Assembly (NCBI GenBank): GCA_038874115.1
Contig: JAVZDC010000002.1
Span: 39,185-103,184 of the forward strand
Reading direction: 5' to 3'
Length of the DNA: 64,000 nt
DNA from: an archaeon
Lineage (GTDB): Archaea > B1Sed10-29 > JAVZDC01
Shown one piece after another: positions 55,482 through 63,940 of this stretch. How positions within the stretch are numbered: the first letter of the stretch is position 1; every line of letters begins with the position of its first letter. The notes under the pieces are model-generated. The model saw only the letters and a list, made by a program, of their open reading frames with translations. It searched no databases and was not told where the DNA came from. Both the position numbers and the translations under genes were made by a program.

Positions 55482-55563
55482 CGCTGAGGGTGGGATTTGA
55501 ACCCACGATCCCCGAAGGGAACACGCTCTCAAGGCGTGCGCATTACCACTCTGCCACCTCAGC
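55482..55563 (-). tRNA. tRNA-Ser (anticodon UGA)
   Basis: 82 nt, GCUGAGG/CCUCAGC+G73, anticodon loop CUUGAGA, long variable arm UUCCCUUCGGGGAUC. Confidence 0.9.
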
Positions 55564-55569
55564 ACATTT

Positions 55570-56388
55570 TTATACAAGCACTTTTTCTACCTTAATTCTC
55601 TTATCTTCTCTTAAAAAACCTATAGCTATTACTTTATCCTTATAAAACAAAGCTATAGGCTCCTTTTCTCTTATGTTTTCTTTCTTAATAAAATGTTCTT
55701 CTCCAATAGATCTTCCGTTTTTAGCCCTTTTGTATCCACCCTCATTTAAGTATATCTTCTTTAAATCTTTTACCAAATCTTCCAAAGATAAAATATTTTT
55801 TTCCCAAACCTCTTTTTTACCTTTTTCCAAAAGTATGAAAGAGTCTTTGAATCTAATCAAAGGAATACACATGTCTTCGCTCCAGCCTCCACTTTTTATT
55901 CTTCTTAGTTCCAAAAGTTTTGTTTTCAAACCTAAAACAAGACCTATATGTTCAACCAAACTTCTTATGTATGTCCCATGTTGACATTTTACGTGAAATA
56001 AAACAAAATTTTCTTTAACTTCCAAAATCTTAATCCAATATATCTTTCTAATTCTTATCTTTTTACTAACTGCTGACATTTTTGGAGGTCTTTGATATAT
56101 TTCGCCCGCAAAATCTTTAAAAACCTCTTCCAATTTTTTCAAATCAACTTTTTTCTCAAGTTCCATTAAACATATGTATTCTTTATCTTCCTTTTGTAAA
56201 TATTCTTGGAGTTTTATCGCTTTCCCAAATAAAATGAGTAAAACACCTGTGGCACCTGGGTCAAGCGTACCAACATGAGCTACTTTCATTTTTAAAAATT
56301 TTCTCATCCAAATATCAATCTGGTTACATGTTGGCCCTTTTTGCTTATCTATTAGAACTCCTCCGCTTAAAGGTCTCATACTTTCCAT
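55570..56388 (-). CDS. cbf5: tRNA/rRNA pseudouridine synthase Cbf5 (TruB family with PUA domain)
   Basis: Catalytic HVGTLDPGATGVL, YIRSL, C-terminal PUA-like region. Confidence 0.85.
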   Translation of the reverse strand: MESMRPLSGGVLIDKQKGPTCNQIDIWMRKFLKMKVAHVGTLDPGATGVLLILFGKAIKLQEYLQKEDKEYICLMELEKKVDLKKLEEVFKDFAGEIYQRPPKMSAVSKKIRIRKIYWIKILEVKENFVLFHVKCQHGTYIRSLVEHIGLVLGLKTKLLELRRIKSGGWSEDMCIPLIRFKDSFILLEKGKKEVWEKNILSLEDLVKDLKKIYLNEGGYKRAKNGRSIGEEHFIKKENIREKEPIALFYKDKVIAIGFLREDKRIKVEKVLV

Positions 56389-56807
56389 ATCTTCCTATAG
56401 ATACTTTCAAAAAGAATGGATGAGATTATTGAAACTAAGAGATATACTCCGATCCAGTTAAGTTCTAGATTAATTAAAGGCAAAACAGCTAAAGTTCCAA
56501 ACGAACCTAGAGCATTTCCAACAAGCAAAAAAATAACTATGGCCGGAATCATCGTTACCAACATAGGTTTGAAGCTTAAAGATATCATTTCTTTGCTTAA
56601 CTTTAAAAATTCTTCATCATTATTCAATTCTTCTATTTTTTTCATGTCTCCTTTTTTTCTTGCTTCCTTCAATTCTTCTTGATACTTTTTCATTTTTTCT
56701 TTTATTTCCATAAGTTTCCTTTGGTCAACGATTATCTTGGATATTGCAAAAAAGCAAAAACTGATCAAAACAACAATCAATGAAAATGGAATTAAAACAG
56801 GATTCAT
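56376..56807 (-). CDS. DUF106 / EMC3-YidC-like membrane insertase homologue
   Basis: TM, then a coiled-coil K/E loop (KEKMKKYQEELKEARKKGD), then two TMs. Conserved position downstream of secY. Confidence 0.75.
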   Translation of the reverse strand: MNPVLIPFSLIVVLISFCFFAISKIIVDQRKLMEIKEKMKKYQEELKEARKKGDMKKIEELNNDEEFLKLSKEMISLSFKPMLVTMIPAIVIFLLVGNALGSFGTLAVLPLINLELNWIGVYLLVSIISSILFESIYRKIWKV

Positions 56808-56811
56808 AGTT

Positions 56812-58179
56812 TCATCTCGCAAAATTTTTCAAAAAAGGCATAGTTTCAAATATTTGTTCCGCTGCAAGTTCTTCATAAAATCTATAAAGAATTCCAACAG
56901 TAAGCAATATTCCAGTCCCAGTTCCAAGGGCACCTGTTAGATCTGCAAACACGGCTAAAAGTCCAACTGCAGCAGAACCAAGAATAGTTACATATGGTAT
57001 GTATCTTTCTAAAACCTCTTCAATCACTCTTGGATCTCTCCTAAATCCTGGTATCTGCAATCCAATGTTTTGAAGTTGTTGGGCTATGGATTTAGCATCC
57101 ATGTTAGCTACTTGCACCCAAAACATCCCAAACATAACACAGCTGATGATCATAGCAGCAGAAAATACCATAATGTTTAATATTATATTTAAACTGCTTA
57201 AACTTATTGCTATGTGTGATGGAGTAGATAAGACCCCGTAAGGTGTTCTTAGATAATAAGCGATTCCATCTACCGCTTGATTATTTACAAAATGCCCAAG
57301 GATTGGAAATCCAAAATTTTGTAAAACTACCCCAAAAAGTTGAATGTTTGCAAATAAAGCAGCTGCAAGAATTACTGGGATATTGCTGACATAAAAGAAT
57401 TTAAGCGGATATCGTGTACCGAAACCACGTATTTTTCCAAAAGTTACTGGAATCTCGATTTTCATTGATTCAGCAAATACGACTATGAGAAATACTATGA
57501 TTGTGAATAACAATGGAAATATTGCACTTTCCGGAATTTCTCCAGAAAATATTCCTTGAAGTATTTGTGGAACTAAACCAATGTATGTTCCAGTTCCAGG
57601 AGCTGTAACCCATGCAAAGCTTTGCCAAATTATCGTGAACGAAACTCCAGCAGCTATGAAAAGTCCAACTCCTGAACCAATTCCATATTTTGAAACAACT
57701 TCATCCAAATACATTATTATAATTCCACCAAAAGCAAGTTGTAAAATTGCAAATAATTCTAGCCCTGGGTTTGCAGGAATGAACCCAGATAATACATATA
57801 CTCCTGCTTCAAAGAAACAAAGAATCAAGGCAAGAAGTTTTTGCAAACTTTGAAAATTCTTTCTCTGTTCTGGATTTTTTAAATCTATTTTTATTATTTG
57901 CGCTCCAACAAACAATTGTAAGAATATGGATGCTAATACGATTGGCCCAATCCCCAAACTCGCCAACGTCCCAATCTTAGAACCTAGAACTAGTTGGAGA
58001 TTAAGCAGATATTCCGATTGAGAAGTTTGTCCTATCCCGATTGGGATGATAATTCCGAGAAACCCAAAAATAAGTAAACACACAAAAGTCCAAATTAATC
58101 TTTCTCTAAGTTTTGGTTTTGCTTGCGGGGTTTCAACTTCAGGCAAAATATTTAAAATAGGTTTAATTGAGTCCCACAT
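56812..58179 (-). CDS. secY: preprotein translocase subunit SecY
   Basis: 10-TM SecY architecture and its position after rpl15. Confidence 0.95.
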   Translation of the reverse strand: MWDSIKPILNILPEVETPQAKPKLRERLIWTFVCLLIFGFLGIIIPIGIGQTSQSEYLLNLQLVLGSKIGTLASLGIGPIVLASIFLQLFVGAQIIKIDLKNPEQRKNFQSLQKLLALILCFFEAGVYVLSGFIPANPGLELFAILQLAFGGIIIMYLDEVVSKYGIGSGVGLFIAAGVSFTIIWQSFAWVTAPGTGTYIGLVPQILQGIFSGEIPESAIFPLLFTIIVFLIVVFAESMKIEIPVTFGKIRGFGTRYPLKFFYVSNIPVILAAALFANIQLFGVVLQNFGFPILGHFVNNQAVDGIAYYLRTPYGVLSTPSHIAISLSSLNIILNIMVFSAAMIISCVMFGMFWVQVANMDAKSIAQQLQNIGLQIPGFRRDPRVIEEVLERYIPYVTILGSAAVGLLAVFADLTGALGTGTGILLTVGILYRFYEELAAEQIFETMPFLKNFAR

Positions 58180-58191
58180 TTTTTCCCTTTG

Positions 58192-58581
58192 TTATATTAA
58201 AATAGCTTTTCCTCCTGCTTTTTCTATTTTTTCTTTAGCTTTAGCAGTAAATGCTTTTGCTTTTATAATTAATGGTTTATCTATCTTTCCCCCTCCTAAA
58301 ACCTTCTCATATCCAAGATCCAAGATATTTACTTCATTATCATATTTTGCCAAGTCTTTTAAGTTTATTGCTTTTAAAGGTTTATACAGGCTATGAAAAC
58401 CAACTTTGCTTATTTTGGATATCCTCTCCGGCTCATATTTATATATGTGAAGTATGTTTCTTCCTCCTTGAGCCGAACCTCTACCCATGTGTGACCCTTT
58501 CCCCCTTCCGTGTTTTGTATTTCCTCTACCCGCAGTTCTCATCCCTCTAAGTTTTCTAATTTTCCTTTCCTTCCTACGCAT
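58192..58581 (-). CDS. rpl15: 50S ribosomal protein L15
   Basis: G/R/K-rich N-terminus (RGMRTAGRGNTKHGRGKGSH.GRG); operon position. Confidence 0.9.
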   Translation of the reverse strand: MRRKERKIRKLRGMRTAGRGNTKHGRGKGSHMGRGSAQGGRNILHIYKYEPERISKISKVGFHSLYKPLKAINLKDLAKYDNEVNILDLGYEKVLGGGKIDKPLIIKAKAFTAKAKEKIEKAGGKAILI

Positions 58582-59035
58582 TTTCCACCCTCAACATTCT
58601 ACCAAGTAGTTCATTAATATTTTCTCCTCTATCTCCTAATTCTCCTTTAGGGTATTGGAATTTTTTACTTTTTTTGAACCCTTTTTTTGGAGAATTTAAT
58701 CCAAATCTTGGAACTATTCCAAGATCTTTAAGCTTTATTTTTCCAGCTTCCAAATCATCCATATTTATTAGGTTTAGATCTTCTTCCTCAATTTTCTTTC
58801 CATTTATTTTACCTTTTTTCAATAATAATTCTTCAAAAATTTTTTGATTTATCTCTCCCCAAGTTACATAATCTTTTACAACTTTAAGCATCCCGAGATA
58901 GTATTCATTATTTGGAACAACTGTACATGAATGTATTTTCCCAAGATTCAAAAGCTTTAACGTAGTCCTTACTTCAGGATTTGCACCTAACATACTTCTA
59001 ATTTGAATCACGGCTAGCAAATCTATCCCTTCCAT
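58574..59035 (-). CDS. rpl30: 50S ribosomal protein L30
   Basis: LAVIQIRS..G....R.TLKLLNL.K; operon position. Confidence 0.9.
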   Translation of the reverse strand: MEGIDLLAVIQIRSMLGANPEVRTTLKLLNLGKIHSCTVVPNNEYYLGMLKVVKDYVTWGEINQKIFEELLLKKGKINGKKIEEEDLNLINMDDLEAGKIKLKDLGIVPRFGLNSPKKGFKKSKKFQYPKGELGDRGENINELLGRMLRVENA

Positions 59036-59622
59036 TTCGTCAATTTTTTAAGAGCATCAATTGTTGCAAAAGCAGTATTTTGAACAGTAGATGTTTTTCC
59101 TTCAGTCCTAGAGTAAACATCATGAACCCCGGCAAGATATAAAATCTTTTTAATTGTTTCTTGAGCAACAAGTCCACTTCCTTTTGGAGCTGGTCTTATC
59201 TCTACTCTTACTGAGGAGCATTTACCTTGGACATTAAATGGAATTGAATGATTTTCCCCGCAAGTGCATTCCCAATCTCCACAACCTCTTTTTATATATA
59301 TCATATTTTTCTTTGCAGCATTTTGTGCTTTTTGAATCGCCAACGCAAATTCTTGCGCTTTTCCTGTACCTACTCCTACACAGCCATCTTTATTTCCAAC
59401 AGCGACAACAGCAAAAATCGTTGTTTTTCTCCCGCAATCCGTCGTTCTTTGTACTCTCTTCACATCAAGATTTATGCTTTCTAAATTGGGCGCGAGTACA
59501 TCTATGATTTCGGTTTCCAAGATAGGGGAATTAAAACTGAATAATTGTTCAATGTTGGTTATCTGTCCTGCTTTAACGAGTTTTCCAAGTTCTGTTTTTG
59601 GCGTCCAGTTTTCCAAATCCAT
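59023..59622 (-). CDS. rps5: 30S ribosomal protein S5
   Basis: W.PKTELGKLV..GQI; dsRBD and S5 C-domain (VVAVGNKDG.VGVGTGKA). GGTGAT-N6-ATG 59622. Confidence 0.9.
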   Translation of the reverse strand: MDLENWTPKTELGKLVKAGQITNIEQLFSFNSPILETEIIDVLAPNLESINLDVKRVQRTTDCGRKTTIFAVVAVGNKDGCVGVGTGKAQEFALAIQKAQNAAKKNMIYIKRGCGDWECTCGENHSIPFNVQGKCSSVRVEIRPAPKGSGLVAQETIKKILYLAGVHDVYSRTEGKTSTVQNTAFATIDALKKLTKWKG

Positions 59623-59624
59623 TT

Positions 59625-60128
59625 TCAAATCACCATTATCTTTTGTTTTATCTGTTCAAAATTTAAATTTATCTTTCTATATTCTTCTATCTTTTTACCC
59701 GAGATTCTATCCTCATCCGGGAAGCATGAAGAGTCATGCGGTATTTTCATACCAGCATCTATAGCCCCTTTCAATACAGCAAAAACATTAGACCCTTTAA
59801 CCGGAGTTTTATGACCGATATCCAAAATAGCCTCTTTTATATTTTTTGCCAGTGCTTTTTTTCCGCACAATAAACCGGTCAAATAGGCAGCCGGGCAATT
59901 TCCATTATGCCCATACCATCCATATTTTTTTAATTCTAGCGAAGTAGTGTTAACTAATGTTCTATCTCCTTTTACATCATACTCCACTATTTGAGCTATT
60001 ATATTATTCCTAGTGACCCTTACTACTAATCGCGGCAGTTTTGATTTTAATAAATTTAATCTTTTCCTATGGTTTGTTTTCCCAATCCGTCTTCTCCTGA
60101 ATTTCAATTTAAACGTTCTCTTCATCAT
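59625..60128 (-). CDS. rpl18: 50S ribosomal protein L18
   Basis: FRRRRIGKTN...RLVVR.T.NNIIAQIV. Confidence 0.9.
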   Translation of the reverse strand: MMKRTFKLKFRRRRIGKTNHRKRLNLLKSKLPRLVVRVTRNNIIAQIVEYDVKGDRTLVNTTSLELKKYGWYGHNGNCPAAYLTGLLCGKKALAKNIKEAILDIGHKTPVKGSNVFAVLKGAIDAGMKIPHDSSCFPDEDRISGKKIEEYRKINLNFEQIKQKIMVI

Positions 60129-60135
60129 TTTTTAC

Positions 60136-60579
60136 TCACTTATTCATAGTTTTTATAGTTTCAATAAGATGTTTCTTTGACCTGAAAAACCCTCCTTTTA
60201 TTTGCAAATACAATTTTCGATAAAGACCTTTTTTAAGAGTTGGTTTTAGTTCTTTTAATGTTTTTCTTAAAGCCCTCACTTTAATCATATGTTTTTTCTT
60301 TTTTTCCAATCTAGCGCGTTTGGTCCCTTTTCTTACTCCATGCCCAGATTGTCTTCCTTTCTTCTTTTGCTCATGTCTTTTTCTTGCCCCTACTCGACTA
60401 ATTCCTTTAACTTTCTTTATTTTTATGGCTTTGGTTTTTAGTAACTCTCTAACATCATCTTTTGTAATTGCTTGTATTGCCTTTTGTGGATCCAATATCG
60501 CAATTCTTGATACTCCTGCTTTGGTAATTTTTGAAGCCAACATTTTAACTTTGTTTAATTCCATCCGATCATCACTCAT
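60136..60579 (-). CDS. rpl19e: 50S ribosomal protein L19e
   Basis: GVSRIAILDP..., basic helical C-terminus. The start could be ATG 60564. Confidence 0.85.
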   Translation of the reverse strand: MSDDRMELNKVKMLASKITKAGVSRIAILDPQKAIQAITKDDVRELLKTKAIKIKKVKGISRVGARKRHEQKKKGRQSGHGVRKGTKRARLEKKKKHMIKVRALRKTLKELKPTLKKGLYRKLYLQIKGGFFRSKKHLIETIKTMNK

Positions 60580-60916
60580 TTAGTACTTTTAAATCCATTT
60601 TTTTAGCGGTTGCTATTATTTCTTCTCTTTTTTTCTTACCAATGCTTGATGCTATCCGTATCGCGTACCCTTTTTCTAAATCATTAACATTATAAACTAA
60701 CTTTTCAGGAAGTCCACAAGGGTGTAGGTTTCTCAATTTTCTTTCTCGCCCATATCCGACTTTTGGTACAGCCCCTCTGCTTTTTTCTCTGCGCGCTTGT
60801 TTTGAATCTTCCCCGCGAGGTTTTCTCCATCGAGCTATTTTTTTACCTTTTGTCACTCTTACTTTCCTAAACGAATTTTCTCTTATAAACTTCGGTTTTT
60901 TATGTTTTTTAATCAT
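60572..60916 (-). CDS. rpl32e: 50S ribosomal protein L32e
   Basis: KPKFIRENSFRKVRV...WRKPRG.DSK.R; operon position. Confidence 0.9.
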   Translation of the reverse strand: MIKKHKKPKFIRENSFRKVRVTKGKKIARWRKPRGEDSKQARREKSRGAVPKVGYGRERKLRNLHPCGLPEKLVYNVNDLEKGYAIRIASSIGKKKREEIIATAKKMDLKVLNE

Positions 60917-61431
60917 TCTCTACTCACCAAATATATTCCATCTTGAAATCTTCTTTCATCTTTATTTGTGATCCTTGTTTTTTGTTCTATGTTTGCTGCA
61001 GTTTGGCTAACTTCATCCACATTTATCCCAGAAACTATTATTTCATTCCCTTGAACTTTTACATCCACGTTCCCAATTATCTTCGCAACTCGATCTTTTT
61101 TCTCCCCAAACAAATTCTTTATTATTACTTTTCCTTTTTCTACATTAACTTTTATTGGAAAGTGTGAATAAACCATTCTTAAAGTGTATTTATATCCGGT
61201 TGTAACGCCTTTTATCATGTTTCTCATGTGAGCATCAAAAGTTCCAAGTATCGCTTTATTCTTTCTTTTTTCTTCCTTTGTTCTTAGAATTATTTTTCCT
61301 TCTTTTATTTCAACTTCCAATTCTTTCGCAATTTCTTTTTCTATTTTTCCTTTTGACCCAGTAACGATTATTTTTTTCCCATCGAGTTCAACTTTTATTC
61401 CTTCAGGTATTTCTCTAGATATTTCAGCCAT
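60913..61431 (-). CDS. rpl6: 50S ribosomal protein L6
   Basis: Two L6 repeats (IPEGIKVELDGKKIIVTGSKG...); operon position. Confidence 0.9.
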   Translation of the reverse strand: MAEISREIPEGIKVELDGKKIIVTGSKGKIEKEIAKELEVEIKEGKIILRTKEEKRKNKAILGTFDAHMRNMIKGVTTGYKYTLRMVYSHFPIKVNVEKGKVIIKNLFGEKKDRVAKIIGNVDVKVQGNEIIVSGINVDEVSQTAANIEQKTRITNKDERRFQDGIYLVSRE

Positions 61432-61440
61432 TTTTTATCA

Positions 61441-61824
61441 CTAATAAACAAAAGCTAACAATTTTCCCCCAATTTTTTTCTCTTTTGCATCTTTATTAGT
61501 CATTATTCCTTGAGAAGTACTTATTATCAATAATCCAATATTCTTTGCTGGAAGATATCTTTTTTCAAACTTTGAAATTTCATTTTTTTTAACAGAAAAT
61601 CGTGGCTTTATTGCTCCGCAGTTGTTTATTTTCCCAATTAAAGATACTTTATAAATTCCGCCACGACCATCATCTATGAATTCAAAAGGACCTAAATAGC
61701 CATTCTTTTGCATTATTTGCAACACGATACCTACCAATTTCGAAGTTGGCTGAATTTGGCACTCTTTATGTGCCCTTAATTCTGCATTTTTAATTTGATT
61801 TAACGCATTTACCAGAATATCCAA
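61441..61824 (-). CDS. rps8: 30S ribosomal protein S8
   Basis: [14 protein letters not shown]...P.SKL. AGGTGA-N5-TTG 61824 preferred over GTG 61833. Confidence 0.9.
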   Translation of the reverse strand: MDILVNALNQIKNAELRAHKECQIQPTSKLVGIVLQIMQKNGYLGPFEFIDDGRGGIYKVSLIGKINNCGAIKPRFSVKKNEISKFEKRYLPAKNIGLLIISTSQGIMTNKDAKEKKIGGKLLAFVY

Positions 61825-61829
61825 AAAAA

Positions 61830-62003
61830 TCACCTGTATTTTTTGAACCCAAGTTCTTCCGCCTTTTCTTTAAAGCATTGCCTACAAATTTGTAATCCGT
61901 ATTTTCTTATCAACCCATCAGTCCTATGGCAATATTCGCAGTATCTTCCAGGTTCTTTCTTTCTTGGCCATTTATATTTTTTACTCTCGAATACAACATT
62001 CAT
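61830..62003 (-). CDS. rps14: 30S ribosomal protein S14 (zinc type)
   Basis: Not in the ORF track. 57-aa product [61 protein letters not shown] overlap with rpl5. Confidence 0.9.
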   Translation of the reverse strand: MNVVFESKKYKWPRKKEPGRYCEYCHRTDGLIRKYGLQICRQCFKEKAEELGFKKYR

Positions 62004-62476
62004 TCTTCGATCACCTTTACTCCAAACTTTTCTTCCATAAATTTAATTGTTTCTTCAGTTTTTATTTTTACTTTATTTGGTATTTTTCTTCCAGGTTTAA
62101 CTCCTTCTCTTCTCAAAGTAACACAAACATCAAAACCATACATGCCGAGATTAGGATCGTAATTTAATCCAGGGATATCTATGTATTCTTTGACTCCAAA
62201 GTTAACAGTATGATTTTGGAAATTAGAACTTTTAAGTTTTTTGTCTACCGCGTCAAGACATTTTTTTAAAACTTCCTCTGCTTTTTTATTTCGTAAAGTT
62301 ACCTTTGCTCCAATCGGTAAACCTGGTCTTAGATTCCAAGTGGCTATTCTTTTTTTAGCCAATGTTTCAACTGGTTTTTGATCTGCAATCCTTTCGAGTA
62401 ATACTTTTGCTTTTTCTAATTTTTCCCCAGGAGCACCAGTTCCGATATTTAACACAACTTTATCTATTTTTATCAT
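62000..62476 (-). CDS. rpl5: 50S ribosomal protein L5
   Basis: [26 protein letters not shown]; operon position. Confidence 0.9.
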   Translation of the reverse strand: MIKIDKVVLNIGTGAPGEKLEKAKVLLERIADQKPVETLAKKRIATWNLRPGLPIGAKVTLRNKKAEEVLKKCLDAVDKKLKSSNFQNHTVNFGVKEYIDIPGLNYDPNLGMYGFDVCVTLRREGVKPGRKIPNKVKIKTEETIKFMEEKFGVKVIEE

Positions 62477-62477
62477 T

Positions 62478-63152
62478 TCAATCGCCTTTTCCGATCACGA
62501 AAACGTATTTTTCAGGACACATAAATTTATTCTTTCCGTCCGAAATTTCAACCATTCTTTCTCGAGTTGTCGTTCCCGGGATTATTTGTTCTATAGTACC
62601 AATTTTTCCAGCATGATTTCCACCTAATATTTTCGCTATGTTTCCTTTCTTCAGTTCAAAAATATCGATTATCTCATTTTCAGGAATCTTCATTTTCACA
62701 ACATCTCCACAGGAATATGCGTTTTTATCTAAAATGTAATTCGTACCGTCGTGAAAATTCAATTGAATTTTACCTTTTTTCAAAGTAGTTTTATTGACTA
62801 TTTTACAAAGTTTTTCCTCTGCCTTCGAAGGGTCCATTTCTTCCAAATAAAATCTTTGTTTTTGATCCAAAGATACCAAATATGCTTTATTTATTTTTTT
62901 GATTTCTAAAATATTCATTAACTTTAACCCTCTTTTTTCATTTCTTTCAATTTTCCCATCTACCAAAACATTTCCTTCCTTTATTATTTTTTCAGCTTCT
63001 CTTGCAGTGTGTGCCAAACCAAGGTAATCCCTTATAGCAATTAATAAAGGCAGCCCATCTCCCTTTACAACCCAGGTTGCCGATTTTTTAGGTATTTTAA
63101 TGCTCTTTAATGCAATTCTTTTCTGATGTCTTAATCCTCCTTTGTTTCCCAT
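62478..63152 (-). CDS. rps4e: 30S ribosomal protein S4e
   Basis: MGNKGGLRHQKR...S4 and KOW domains; operon position. Confidence 0.9.
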   Translation of the reverse strand: MGNKGGLRHQKRIALKSIKIPKKSATWVVKGDGLPLLIAIRDYLGLAHTAREAEKIIKEGNVLVDGKIERNEKRGLKLMNILEIKKINKAYLVSLDQKQRFYLEEMDPSKAEEKLCKIVNKTTLKKGKIQLNFHDGTNYILDKNAYSCGDVVKMKIPENEIIDIFELKKGNIAKILGGNHAGKIGTIEQIIPGTTTRERMVEISDGKNKFMCPEKYVFVIGKGD

Positions 63153-63157
63153 TCAGA

Positions 63158-63541
63158 TCACTTTTTCATTTCTCCAATTTTTGATTTACTTAATTCTTCT
63201 AATTTTTCTTTTCTTAATTTATCATCAAGGTTTAATTCCTGAATTATAACTTTTGATGGATGAATAGGAACAAATGTTTCTTTTCCGTTTTTCTTTTTAA
63301 TTGTTAAACCTTCCACCAATATTCTATATTTTTTAAAATCAACTTTTATAACCTTTCCTTGCTTCCCTTTCATCTTTCCAGACTTCACTTTTACTGTATC
63401 CCCCTTTCTAACATTTATGTGCTTTATTTTATATTTTTCACGCAATTCTTTTGAAAGCGGGGCGTTAAAATCTTCATGCCTTTTATGCAAAGGCTTTTTA
63501 TATATTCCTTTTCTTTGTTTTGAAGGTTTTCTCGAAGTCAT
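63158..63541 (-). CDS. rpl24: 50S ribosomal protein L24
   Basis: KOW motif VRKGDTVKVKSGKMKGKQGKV; operon position. Confidence 0.9.
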   Translation of the reverse strand: MTSRKPSKQRKGIYKKPLHKRHEDFNAPLSKELREKYKIKHINVRKGDTVKVKSGKMKGKQGKVIKVDFKKYRILVEGLTIKKKNGKETFVPIHPSKVIIQELNLDDKLRKEKLEELSKSKIGEMKK

Positions 63542-63940
63542 TTACACCACGTTTTTAGCTATACTTGCCAGTTTTGGAAACCTTTCTGCAGCTTCTTTTG
63601 CAATAACTCCTTTTATTTCAGAAGCCACAGGCTCGTTATTTTCGTTTATCAATACGCAAGCATTATCTTCGAAACAAACTCTTAATCCATTTTTTCTTCT
63701 ATATGGTCTTTTTTGTCTTATTAAAACAGCACGTACTCTTTTCTTTCTCATTTCAAGTTTTCCAGAAACAACAGCTCCAATTAATATTTCTCCTACGCCT
63801 ATTTTTGCAAGCCTACCTCTTCTTCCTCTATAATCTTCTTTTCCAATGACTCTCAATATTTTTGCTCCAGAGTTATCATCTACTTTAATTCTAGATTCAA
63901 TTGTAATTCCACCACTTAATTTAGCAGCAACAGCTTTCAT
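63542..63940 (-). CDS. rpl14: 50S ribosomal protein L14
   Basis: VDDNSGAKILRVIG...; operon position. Confidence 0.9.
   Translation of the reverse strand: MKAVAAKLSGGITIESRIKVDDNSGAKILRVIGKEDYRGRRGRLAKIGVGEILIGAVVSGKLEMRKKRVRAVLIRQKRPYRRKNGLRVCFEDNACVLINENNEPVASEIKGVIAKEAAERFPKLASIAKNVV

Noticed and set aside
53889-55563. Integrated mobile element at tRNA-Ser.
   Set aside because: There is no integrase, no other phage or plasmid gene, and no direct repeat of the tRNA 3' segment. The best match in the 363-nt gap is only CGCTGA, 6 nt. It is kept only as an orphan-island observation.
6910-63833. Long antisense or alternate-frame ORFs in the track (for example 6910-7479, 13004-16279 set, 21775-22824 of 349 aa, 27365-27748, 44078-44596, 46997-47431, 48216-48905, 53118-53501, 63417-63833).
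   Set aside because: Each lies entirely opposite or inside a gene with strong, motif-level homology (PsmB, PolD, SecD, DUF92, L7Ae, S2, enolase, GT2, L14/L24). Their products are low-complexity F/S/L/I-rich strings, typical of shadow ORFs in AT-rich DNA. None has its own SD.
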